64,000 nt of DNA from assembly GCF_009914755.1 (NCBI RefSeq), contig NC_060930.1; one strand, 5' to 3'. Below are positions 18,795 to 42,493 of this stretch, one piece after another. The notes beneath the pieces are model-generated. The model made no database searches, was not told the DNA's origin, and worked only from the letters and a program-made list of their open reading frames with translations. A program made the position numbers and the translations under genes. Source of the DNA: the human T2T-CHM13v2.0 reference genome, Homo sapiens. Within the stretch, counting starts at the first letter, position 1. Every line of letters begins with the position of its first letter.

Positions 18795-21390
18795 CCAAGC
18801 ACAGTGGCTTGTGCCTGTAATCCCAGCACTTTGGGAAGCTGAGGTGGGAAGACTGCCTGAGCCCAGGAGTTCAAGAATAGCCTGGACAATATAGTGAGAT
18901 CCCATCTCTACAAAAAATGTTAAAAATTATCTGGGCATGGTGGCGTGTGCCTGAAATCCCAGCCACTCAGGAGGCTGAGACAAGAGGATTACTTGACCCC
19001 AGGAGGTTGAGGCTGCAGTGAGCTGTGATCACGCCACTGACCCAAGCCTGGGTGACAGAGCAAGAGCCTATCTCTTAAAAAATAAAACTAAATTTAAAAA
19101 ACAAACAAAAAACCAGAATGTTCTCAGCACTGTGTTTCTGCATATGCTTTCCTCTCTACTTGGAAGCCTCTTTTTGTCTTGGAAGACATCAAGATTCAGC
19201 TCAGATGTTATTCAGAGCAGTCACCCCGGAGCCTACAGACAGAATGAGCAGCTTGGCCATCTCATCTACCACAGCACTTTGCTCACACCTGTCTTATAAC
19301 ACAATGAATTATCATTCTTCTGTTTCTCAAGACACTGAATTACTCAGGTATCCTGACCTATTGCCTCAGAATCACCAGCACCAGATGATGCCTAGTATAT
19401 CTGAGGAGTTTAATGGATTTGTTTTTTTAATTTTTAGAAACAGGGTCTTACTATGTTGCCCAAGCTGGACTTGAACTCCTGGGCTCAAGTGATCCTCCCA
19501 CCTTAGCCTACTAAGTAGCCAGGACCACAGGTGTATGCCACCATGCCCTAATAGATTTTTAAAACTAAATGTCCAAAGCTAAAGTTATCTTCCCTCCTCA
19601 AATATCTTTTACCTTGGCCCCCAATCTTATTGAATGGCATCCCCCAGAGGCCCAAAGAAGAAATCTCGAAGTCCCCTTTCACTCCTCTCTTTTCCTTACC
19701 TCTACAACCCATTGGCCAATAATTCTACTTCCCGGACATTTTCCATAACCACCCTCCCCTTCGCACTCACACCACCACCACCCTAGCTCATTCACTCCCT
19801 TGTGTAAGAAACATTTGCCGCTCACTGACTCAACACCGGCACTGTGCTGCATCCCAGCTCTATGAAAACAAAATAAGACAATCCAATGTCAACTCATTCA
19901 CAATCAATTAAAGAAAATAGACAAAAAACATTAACAATGAGCTGTAAACCACGAAGATAAGCACGTACTTTCAATTAGAAAAATGTGTTTTCAAATATGG
20001 TACATATACATCACAGAATACTATGCAGACATAAAAAACAAAATCATGTCCTTTGCAGCAGATGGAGCTGGAGGCCATTATCCTAAGTGAATTAATGCAG
20101 AAACAGAAAACCAAATAGCACATGTTCTCACTTATAAGTGGGAGTGAAACACGGAGTACATGTGGACACAAAGAAGAGAACAATAGATACCAGAACTGAC
20201 TGGGCGCAGTGGCTTATGCCTGTAATCCCAGCACTTTGGGAAGCCCAAGCAGACCAGCCTGACCAACGTGGAGAAACCCTGTCTCTACTAAAAACATAGA
20301 ATTAGCCGGGCGTGGTGGCGCATGCCTTTAATCCCAGCTACTCAGGAGACTGAGGCAGGAGAATCACTTGAAACCAGGAGGCGGAGGTTGCGGTGAGCCA
20401 AGATCGCGCCATTGCACTCCAGCCTGAGCAACAAGAGCGAAACTCTGTCTCAAAAAAAACAAAAAAAACAAACAAAAAACAGGTGAGGAAGGTCTTATCT
20501 TCCTTGGAGGGGCAGGGAAGGCCAAGGAACTGTTGAAGAGAACTGAACTGCACAGTGAAAGGAGACTGGCTCTTCCAAGTGCGAAGAAGGGCCGTGTCAC
20601 ACTCCACGCCATCATCACAGTCGGGCCCAACACACCCTCCAGGCTCTTGGCCACCTGCCTCCAGCCCAGCCTCACCTCCTCCCTGACTGGTGACCAGTCC
20701 TTCTCTCTCAGGACGGTTGTCCCCTCAGCTGAGGTCCACCTGCAGCCCAGACTCCATGAAGGAAGGGGACACTCACCCAGCCTGACAGGCCAGCCTCTCA
20801 CTGAGCCCAAAAGGCTTCCAGTCAGGCTCTTCGCTCACCCAGAACATCTGCATCACAGGCAAACCCCACAGCCACACCCCTCAGAAGCCTTCCCACCCCG
20901 ACAGCCCCAGCCACCTCCATCCCTCCCCACGCAGGCACTGTGACGTTTGTTTTAATTTGGAAGAAAAAGAAAGAAAGGAAGAGGGAGGAGATGTGGGAGA
21001 AAGAAAAGAGGGTGAGAACTAAGAGAGAGAAAGGACCAGAAGAAAGGAACAGGAGACAGGAACAGAAAAGTTCACCTTCCTGTGGCTTAGCATTTTTTTT
21101 TTTTTTTAGAGGGAGAGTTTTGCTCTGTCGCCCAGGCTGGAGTGAAATGGTGCGACCTCGGCTCACTGCAACCTCCACCTCCTGATTATCAACCGATTCT
21201 CCTGCCTCAGCCTCCTGAGTAGCTGGGACTACAGGCACATGCCACCACGCCCAAGTAATTTTTGTATTTTAGTAGAGACGGGGTTTCACTGGGTAGGTCA
21301 AACTGGTCTCGAACTCCTGACCTCAAATGATCTGCCCACCTCAGCCTCCCAAAGTGCTGGGATTACAGACGTGAGCCATGCTCCCGGCCA
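18795..21390. mobile_element. Alus (+ 18795-19112, - 19420-19550, + 20198-20480 internally deleted, - 21093-21390) and an L1P 3' fragment (~19995-20195)
   Basis: Alu consensus; L1 3'-end text ctggaggccattatcctaagtgaa...atgttctcacttataagtgggag. Confidence 0.8.
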
Positions 21391-23029
21391 TGGCTCAGCC
21401 TTTGTATCCAAGGCCTTCCCGTTACACCTGGTGGGAAGATGGGGTAGATACAAGTGTTCCCTTCCCGAGGGTGAGGAAACTGAGGCTCGGAAAGTAAAGG
21501 CTGCATGGCTAGTAAAATGGCAGAGATGATCGGCAGTGACAAAAATGATTTGTCGTTTTGAGATGTGTTCAGGACACAGGCAGCATCTTGTTAGCTGGGT
21601 CAGGTGACTTCTCTTCGGTTACCAAGGAACGGCTCTGAGGAAAGTCCAAGTTTCTTTTGTAACTTGCGCTCCATGTGACAGAAACATGAGCGTTTCCAAA
21701 ATGAAAACACTGGGGGCTTTCGCCTGGAGGGGCGCAGGGACAGCCGCCCAGGGCCGAAGTAAGGGGCAGCTCCCCTAGGGGCCCTCGGGGCACAGCCCAC
21801 AGCCCGTTTTCTGAGGAGACTGAAAGGGGCAAATGTGGCCAGGAGAGCTGTTTTCACACTAAACTGAAAGAATGCATCTACTTCAGAGGCTTTTTCTCCC
21901 TTGAGACTTTAAAATCAACTTGGTTCCTTTTTAAAACTTCTAAATACGGAAGAAGCGGGGACAGGAGTGGGGTGCTGCTCTTAGGAGCCCACTCGGCCCT
22001 GGAGCCGCAGCCTTCCCCCGGGACGTGATGGTCTCTGAGCTGCAGCTCTGCCAGCCGCGTCTCGTTTCCTCCTTCCTATTTTGAAGACCTGAAAATCTGA
22101 ACGACTTCATTTCAGTTTCCTTCCTCCGTCCTGACTGGAAGTCACACTCTGTCCAGATGATTAGCGACAACACTTAGAAAATCCTCCAAGTGGCCCGGCA
22201 AGGCCCTGGGAGGTCACAGGAGCAGCTTCCTGTTGTCAGAGCGGGCTGCTGGGGGTGGGTTCGGGGCGGCCTGGAAGAGCAGGGAGGAAGGGAGGGGGCC
22301 CCACGGCTGGAACAGATCAGATCTGTCCATTCTAGAATCAGCCAATACAGGGGAGGGGTCCCGGGTTCTAGTTTGCAGCCTCTGACTAGAAGGGCCCTGA
22401 GGAAAAGAGAAACAAAGAGGAGAGAAGGAGTAGGCGGAGACGTGGCAGCTCCCACGGGTGCTTCCTTGTATATTATCACATCTATGGGAACCTCAGTGTC
22501 CTGGGAGCCACCTCATTACTCCCAGTGCAGGGGAGGAAACTGAGGCAAAGAGCGGCTTTGGTGACATACCCAGGCCCCTACTGTAAATAAGGGAGACCAG
22601 ACTCCCAAAGGTGGCTGGCCAGAAGGCACCGCCCAGGGCTGCTCAGGTACCACCCAAAGGCCAGCAGCCACCATGAGGTGCCATGGAGCAGACCACAGCC
22701 AGCCCAGCCCCAAGACCAGCACACTTAACACCTCGCCCCTGCCCCCCAAGTCTGTTCCCGGGTCACCTCTGCCAGCTCCACAGAAATCCACGAAATTACA
22801 GCCTCCAGAACTCAGCCACCATGGTGAGGAGAAAGTTGTCTTGTCCTGAGCTTTTCCACAGAGGCCAAACAGAAAGTTTCTGGTTCAGCTCAGAGCTAGA
22901 GGCCCTCAGTGGAGCTGTCAGTTAGATTTTGAGGAAGTCACAGAGAGGCAAAGACGGTAGTTCATGGGACAAGTATTTCTCGCCTGGCCTTTATTTTTTT
23001 TTAAGGGAATTTGTAAATTTTTTTAATTT

Positions 23030-23705
<676 letters not shown>

Positions 23706-24528
23706 GTGCCGGCCTGGCCTTTTCCTTTCTCAAACTTGTCCCCTGCTCTTCTGCATTGTGATGGTTTCTCTAAGGCGGACACACAAGCATTTAAGCCCCG
23801 ATCCACATCCCGGAGCAACTCTACTGTAGTCCACACCCCAGCCTGTTCACGAGTCAGGGATGGGCACCCCACGATTGGCATTGCCTGGCCTTAGAGAAAA
23901 GCTCATAATCTTGGGGGCCATAGCTGAGGTTTCTTATGGCTGCAGGGAATTTGTCTTCACTGCAGTCAGATTAACATTTAGTTCAGTTTCCTCATTAGCC
24001 TTTGGGAAGCCCACAGAGGCATCCTCTATAAGAGATGCTACCAAAAGTTCCTGACTGCATTCAGCCTGGAAACTAGGCTTCCCATAGATGATAACTAGTC
24101 TAGAAGATGCTCTCATGAGCATGGTGACAGGGCTCAAATGTGCCTGGGAGTTCTACTCTTTCTGATTTCCTAATACGTAAATATCTTCAAAGGCCACAGC
24201 AGGAGGTTTTACTGAAACTGAAGAGCTCCCTCTGGTTAATCTTTCCCCCAAAAATGTCATCTGGAAATTAAGCACAATTTTGCTAAAATGAGCAAGGATT
24301 TCACCTAAATGAAATTAAAGAGGGTTATCTTATTTTTTTTATTTAGCACTTAAAATAATTTAGAGTGTGAGAAATCAGATTGTTCAGGGTCACACGCCCC
24401 CAAGGACTGCTCTCTAACAGCCCTCCTCCTGCCTCTGCCCCGGGGTTCCAGTCTCTCTCCTCCACCCCTGGACTCAAGTCTGCGTGGTGTTGGCCACACT
24501 GACTGACAGCCAGGGGACATGCACTCAC

Positions 24529-24730
24529 CAGCAGGGTGTGTCCCTCCGGTCTTCACAATGAATGCTGGCCCAGTCGCCAGCAGCCTTCACGCCAATGTTC
24601 TCCCGTCAGTGAGGCCAGGCCCCCAGGTGCCACTGGAGTCAGAGGAGGGCAGCTGGCGTGCGCCAAGCAGCCACTAGGAGCCACTTCATGCCAATGCTCC
24701 ACTTCCTGCACGCCACAGTCACGTTCAGCT
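24529..24730 (-). other. ZC3H12D: Probable non-coding exon 1 (5' UTR) of ZC3H12D
   Basis: Strong donor CTG|gtgagt (GT at 24528-24527); GC-rich unique sequence directly below a GC-box/AP-1/RUNX cluster. The 5' end is approximate. Confidence 0.7.
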
Positions 24731-25240
24731 GCAAAAGTAGTTATGCTTTGGGTTTTTTTGGTTTTTTTTTTTTTAAGAAAAAAAAAAAGGAAAGGAAGAA
24801 AGCAATTAAAGGGGCGGGGGGGACTTAAAGTTTGCACCTCAGCATGAGTCACCGAATCAAAGTTCAGCAACCACATGCAAAACAAACCCTCCGTGAGGGC
24901 AGCAAGTCTCCGTGAGGACGGCTGGGATTGGCTGCACAGCAAAGCCAGGAGAGGCTCCATGAGGAGAACAGCATTCAGAGTCCAAGGGGGAGAACCCCTG
25001 TTCCAAGTGGGAACTTGGAACAGAAGTTCTCCTGCCTCCAGCTGAGAAGATGATCAGATTCTAGCTGCTCCTGGGGAAAGTCGGTACTCACAGCTGGACA
25101 CAAACATAGCTTGCAGGAGGAAGAGTGTCAGAGCAAGAGACAGAGCAGAGATGGCTACGGAGATATGGGTGCATATGGGGACATGGCACAGGGAGGACTC
25201 TGTCCCTGCCTTCACGAAGGGGAATTCCAAACGAGTCACG
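24731..25240 (-). promoter_or_regulatory. ZC3H12D proximal promoter with immune-type motifs
   Basis: GC box GGGGCGGGGG 24811-24820, AP-1 TGAGTCA 24845-24851, RUNX AACCACA 24869-24875, octamer-like ATGCAAAA from 24875, NF-kB GGGGAATTCC 25219-25228; ETS ACTTCCTG at 24701-24708 just inside the exon. Motif matches only. Confidence 0.6.
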
Positions 25241-25755
25241 AAGTCCTTCTGACTAGGGACCAAGGCACTAGCCTGTGTCAGAGATAACATGGCCCTGTGG
25301 CTCCCTACTGCCGCCCTGCGTGGCGTGGGTGGTGGCTTCTCTCCCACTGTGGCAGGGGAAGTCTGAACCCACCTGACCACAGCATTCTGCAGACTGCCTG
25401 GTCTCCAGCCTCACCAGGTACAGGCAACAGACCCAGAACTCTGAAATTATTTCCTAAATTTGGTGATGCCCATCAGGGGTCAGAAGAAGAGGAAAGAACA
25501 CAATCAACCCACACAGTAGCCCACCTCCCAACAAACCTCCCTGTCTCAGGCAGCAACTTGCTCCAGGACACACAGTCAACCAGTTGGCCAAGGTGGGTTT
25601 AGAACCCAGGTGTTGGTGCTAGGGAGGTAAGAATGGCACATGGTAACTGGAATGTGTAGCTCTTTTTATTTATTCACCACCGGTCTCCCAAAGAAAATGT
25701 GAAGCAGTGTAGATGATTAAAACACAGAGAATGGAATAATTAAAATAAAAAATTA

Positions 25756-29322
<3,567 letters not shown>

Positions 29323-30210
29323 AAGTTTTATTTTTTACATTCAGGTCTTTAATCATGACCTGGAATTTATTTTGATAAATGGTATGAGAAATAATCTAAG
29401 CTCTTTTTTATTGTTTCTTTTTTCTTTTCTTGCATATCTTGGTAGGGAAAGAATCTAAGCTTATAATGGCAGGCAGTTTGGTGTCATGAACTTGAAGCCA
29501 GAGTGCTCTGCTACTTATTAACTGTGTAACTTTGAGCAAATTATCTAACCTCTGTACTTCAGTTTCCTAATATGTAAAATGGGAATAAATAATCTTATCT
29601 ACCTCATAAGGATACTGTGAGAATTACAGGAATTAGTGTCTATAAAGTACTTAGAAGAGTGCCTGGTGTATAGAGACCCATTTTTCTGGAAGCTATAGTT
29701 CTCTTACAAAAAGCCCCCAGGGAACTATGAGATGGCCTGTACTAACATGCTACCCATTGCTAGGAAGAGAGACTGAATGAAAAGACATGAGCACTATGGG
29801 ACACAGGTAGAGGAACCTTGGGTTGAAGGCAAAGAATGAGTGACGATCGCATGTTAAAATGAAGCACCTACTCCTGGGCTAATGATGTGGGATTGTAAGT
29901 GGTCACATTTGAATGCCTGCAACATTCTATGTTTAGAAATGTGGCCTCTAAGGCTCAGCTCAGTATCTGTTCAACATCTTTGCTAACCTCTAGCCAAAGT
30001 GCTGGGTAGCTTTTCCTGAGCTCTGCAAACACCTTACACCCTATAGTGGGTTAAATCGTGCCCCCAAAAAGATACGTTCAAGTCCTAACCTCCAATATCT
30101 GTGAATGTGACTTTATTCGGAAATAGAGTCTTTGCAGATACAACTAAGTTAAGAAGTGTTCATACTGGATGAGAGTGAGCCCTAAATCCAATGAACCAAT
30201 GATGGGTGTC

Positions 30211-30549
<339 letters not shown>

Positions 30550-30965
30550 TGAGAAATTTGGAGAGAGAGACACAGAGGAGACGCAGGGAAGAAGGCAATG
30601 TGAAGACAGAGGCAGAGATGAGGATGATGCAGCTATAAGCCAGCGAATGCCATGAGAAGCTAGGAAGAGGCAAGGAAGGATTCTTCCCTAGAGGCTTCAG
30701 AGCGAGCATGGCTCTGATGACAGCTTGATTCAGACTTCCAGCCTGCAGAACTGTGAGATAATAGATTTTGTTTTGTTTTGTTTTGTTTGAAACAGAATCT
30801 CATTCTGCCACCCAGGCTGAAGTACAGTGGCACAATCAGTTCACTGTAACCTCAAACTCCTGAGCTCAAGCAATCCTCCTGCCTCAGCCTCCTGAGTAGC
30901 TAGGACTACACGCATGCACCACCGCACCTGGCTAATTTCTTAATTTTTGTAGACATGGGGTCTTC

Positions 30966-32486
<1,521 letters not shown>

Positions 32487-33891
32487 TAGTTTGTTGTGAC
32501 GGTCCTAGGAAACTAATACACCCTTCAAGCCCACAAACACTTTCCCTCAGAGCTCTTAGTTGTGATAACCATTTACTCACAGCTAAGCACATTCTCGCTG
32601 TCTAATGAGAAGACTGTGAAAGAGCTATGGAGTGAAGCCTTGAGCCTGGAGGATGGGTTGGCAGGCCATGGGGCAGCTGTCTGCATGTGATGCAGTGTTG
32701 CCTGTGCCTGCCTGTGCTGGGGTTGTGCAGTGAGAAGGACATCTAGGACAGACCTAAAAATTAAGCATGTATCATGGTCATGCCTGTCGTGTTATTTCCT
32801 GTAAACATATGCCAGGGGAAAAGACCATGAGTGTGTGTTTTTTGTGCGTTCTTAGAAAGTGAGTAGTAGAAAATGATCAATACAACAATGAAACATCACT
32901 TATCATGAAGTTAAAAGTGTGCACTGCCACCTGCTGAGATTGCAGTGCTTTCGAGGCTACTTTCTTGCTCTATGTGAGGCACTCTCTCCTGTGCCATGAA
33001 TCCAACAAAGAGCCTGTGCCCAAGATGCTTCCAGGTCAGCCCTCAGCTACACATCCCATGAACGCAGCACAGGCCACGGTCGACCATGTGGGCTCCATTC
33101 TGATCCTGCTTACACCCTATCAGGTTTACTAAAACCACATCCATCCCTGGTCATGCTGAAGATACTGGTATTATTTCTGTGATAACAAATGAGTGATTAT
33201 GTAACAAAGACTGTATGACTTTAACGTTGTTGTCGTTGTGCCTGTTCTACGTTCTAGCACTGCACCAACTTGGATATCAAATGCAGAAGAGATATCAAAG
33301 TCCTCAGCGTCTGCATCATCTCCTCTGGGAAGCCTGCTTGATATACGTCTGCATTTGGGGTGATGTGTGGAATCGATATTGAATGAAATCGTGTTCAATG
33401 CCATGTGAGGACTGTGGTGCCAACCCATGGTAAAGGTCCTACATGCAACGCCCAGAGTAACTTTTCTCAGCTATCCCAGTGCCACTTTCTTCCTTATTTT
33501 CTGGGGCCTGGCGAAGCAAATCCAAGCTTCTCAGTTTTGCATTTGGGACTCTCCCTTTCCCAATTTCCTCTTCCCTCCTGACACTCATTGCCTTCCCAGC
33601 CTCGGCAGTAGTCAGACACCGCCCTGCTCTCCCTCTGCACCTGGCTCGTTACCACCTTCATATGCCTTTGTTCCTGACTCAGGTTTCCCCAGCTCTCTCC
33701 ACCAAACCAAGCAAACAAAACTTTTCTCTTTTTCAGGAGCCAGAGGTCACTGGTCTTGTTGTAGATTCATAGCAACAAAGAAGCATTACCTAACTTCTCT
33801 TTCTACACAAACTCTCTTGCTAGAATGATACTGTATTTGCAACCTTTATGTGTGTCCAGCTTCCTAGTACTCTACTCATTTAAGTAAATAA

Positions 33892-37159
<3,268 letters not shown>

Positions 37160-39140
37160 TTAATGCTAGATATGTTTTCCCTGATACTTTGTCAACTTTC
37201 ATCAAGGTCTAGGGTTCAAAAATACATTATGCTTGCACATGGAAATTCCAAGCCACAAATGAAAGTGGCCCCAAGTGATTGCATCACCTGGAGTCTGAAA
37301 GGTAAATATGCATCCTCTCTGGAGAAAAGCATCTTCATTTTAGGTACCTTAGGAGTCCCAAAGTATGTCCTCCCAATTTAAGGGGAAAAAAATCTGAAAC
37401 ACACAAGGAAATAAGCCAGTACGCACAAGGGTCAGCAGGAAAACTTTTTTAATTCTTAAGAAATTAAGATACTGGAATTATCAGAAACAATATAATTATG
37501 TAAATAAAACAGAGTGGAAATAAATGAGCAAAGAACAACAGAAAATCAAAAATAACCAGGAAAATTCAAGAAAGAATCAAACAGAACTCCAAAAACAAAA
37601 AATTACTGAAATTAAAAATTCAGTGGATGGGTTAAATAAGAGACTGGGCTTATGTGAAAAAGAGTGGGTGACCTGGAATATAGACCTGAAACAATTATTC
37701 AGAATAAACTATCTGGATAATATGAGTTAAGATACAAAGAACAAGAGGAGAAAGCCTTACATAAAACTGACTAAGATTACAAAAGGAAATAATAGATAGA
37801 ATGTGGAGAGAGACTATTTGAAGAAAAAATGGCAGAGAAGTTTCCAGAATAATAAAAAACATTAAGCCATCAGACACAGGATATAACAAGAAAGATAAAG
37901 GAAATCCCTATCTAGACACATTATAGTGGAATATTCTAGAATACCGAAGACAAAGGTAAACCTTAAAAGCAGCCAGAGACCTTTTTCAACAAATAGTCCC
38001 AGTACAAGTGGATGTTCATAAGTCAAAAAAAAAAAAAAAAAATCTCAAAATGGATCACAGACTTAAATGTAAAACTAGAGAATTTTTTTAAAAAAATTAA
38101 AAGTATGAGAAAAATTTCGGAAGCTAGTGCTCGGCAGAGTTCTTACTTTTGACACCAAAAGCACAATCCATAAAAGGAAAAACTGATAAACTGCAGAAAA
38201 ATTAAAATCTTGTACTCTACAAAACTCTATTAAAAGACAGGCCATACATTGGAGGCTAGGCATGGTGACTCATACCTGTAATCCCAGCATTTTGGGAGGC
38301 CAAAGCGGGAGAACTGCTTGAGACCAGGAGTTTGAGACCAGCCTGGGCAACATAGGGACCTCGTTTCCACTAATAATAAAAAAAAAAAATTAGCTGGCTG
38401 TGGTGGCAGGCACCTGTAGTCCCAGCTACTAAGAGGCTGAGGTGGGAGGATTGCTTGAGCCCTGGAGGTTGAGGCTGCAGTGAACTGTGATCTCACCACT
38501 GTACTCCAGCCTGAGTGACAGAGCGAGACTGTCTTAAAAAAGAAAAAAAAAGAAAGACAAGCTATATATTGGGAGGAAACAGCTGCAAGCAACATATCTG
38601 ACAAAGAACTAGTATGTAGAATACATAAAGAACTCTCAAAACTCAAAAATAAAAAAAAACCTAAAAATCCAATTAGATATAAAGTAACATTTCACCTAAC
38701 AGGATATGCAGATGGCAAAATGAGTACATGAAAAGATACTCAACAACATTACCAATTAAAGAAATAAAAATTAAAACCAGAGTAAGTTATATATCTATCA
38801 CTATATACCTACCAGAATGCCTAAAATAAAACACAGAGACACAACTAAATGTTGTTGAGAATGCGGATGAAGTGGATCGCCCATATGTTCTTGGTGGGAA
38901 TGTAAAGCAGTCTGACTCACCCAGGAAAACAGTTCAGCAGTTTCTTTAAATATGCAATTATCATATGACCTAACAACTGCACTACTGGGCAGTTATCCAG
39001 AAGAAATGAAGACTGTGTTCACAAAGAAACTAACAGCAGCTTTACTCATTACGGTCCCAAACTGTAAACAACCCAGATGTCCTTCAATGGGTGAATGGTT
39101 AAACAAACTACAGTATATTCATACCATGAAATACTACTCA

Positions 39141-40878
<1,738 letters not shown>

Positions 40879-42193
40879 CCCAAAAGGCTACATAATACAG
40901 AATTCCACTTATATAAAATCCTTGAAATGACATAATTATAGGAATGGAGAACATATCAGTGGTTGACAGAGGTGAAGGAGAAAACAGAAGTGGCAGGGAA
41001 GTAGACGTGGCTATAAAAGGACAGCAAGAGGGGTCCTTGTAGTGATGGAAATTTTCTGTATCTCCACTGTGTCCATGTCAGCATCTTGGTTGTGATACCA
41101 TACTAGAATCTTACAAGATGGTATCACTGGAAGAAACTAGGCAAAGGGTACACAGGTTCTCTCTGTATTATTTCTTATGATTGCATGCCAATCTACAACT
41201 GATTTCAAAATTGAAAGTTTAACCACAGCAAAAAAGCAATCAGAAAGAAAAGTCACATTATATCCAAAAGAATGACATTTGGAATGACAAAAGATTTCTC
41301 CCCAGTAGTAACAAAAGTAAAAAGATAGTAGACTAATTCTTCAAAGTACTGGGGGAAAAAAAGACACACCTCAACTTAGAATTATGTACATATAAAATCA
41401 ACTTTATAGAATGAATTGAAAATACTTTTGATAAATGTAAACTAAGAGTTTGCCATCAACAGATGTCACTAGAGGAACATCAAAAGATGTGCTTCAGAAA
41501 GAAGGAAAATTATCCTAGGTGAAAGGTCTGAGATGTGAGAATAATAATGAATAAACAAACACTTCTAACATATAAAGTAAATCTAAACCAACAATTATCT
41601 GTACAAAAACAGTAATAATCACAAGGTCTAATTTTTTTTCTAACAGATGGTGTCTCACTATGTTGCCCAGGCTGGAGTACAGAGGCTAGTCACAGGCACA
41701 ATCGCAGTGCACTGCAGCCTCTAACTCCTGGCCTCAAGGGATCCTCCGGCCTCAGCCATTCAGGAGCCAGAACTACAGGTGTGCACCACTGAGTCCAGCT
41801 CAAGGTCTAATTTTAAGGTGAAAAATCACAAGCTATAACTAAAATACTGAATGATTTTAACACGAAAGTTGCAAGAGGGGTGACTTGGAGAGTTCCAAGA
41901 CTCTCAATTAGAGAGGAAGATAAAGATATAACATTATACTTTTTAAGTACGGATGTAATATTCCAAGGAAATTCCCCCAAAACAAAGAAGAGGGGGCAGA
42001 GGGGTGAGGGTGGAATTAAAAAACATTTTTGATTCCAAAAGAAAAAAAAAGAGTGGAAGAAAAAAACATAAAAAGCACAAAATAAGGTGGTAAGGAATAA
42101 ATGCAAATACATCAGTACACATAAAAATGCACTCAACTAACCAGTTAAAGTTCAGATTAGATTTAAAAATAATTGGCCGGGTGCAGTGGCTCA

Positions 42194-42493
<300 letters not shown>

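Noticed and set aside
33171-33428. 85-aa minus-strand ORF (MGWHHSPH...)
   Set aside because: No recognisable homology or minus-strand gene signals; splice signals here favour the + strand.
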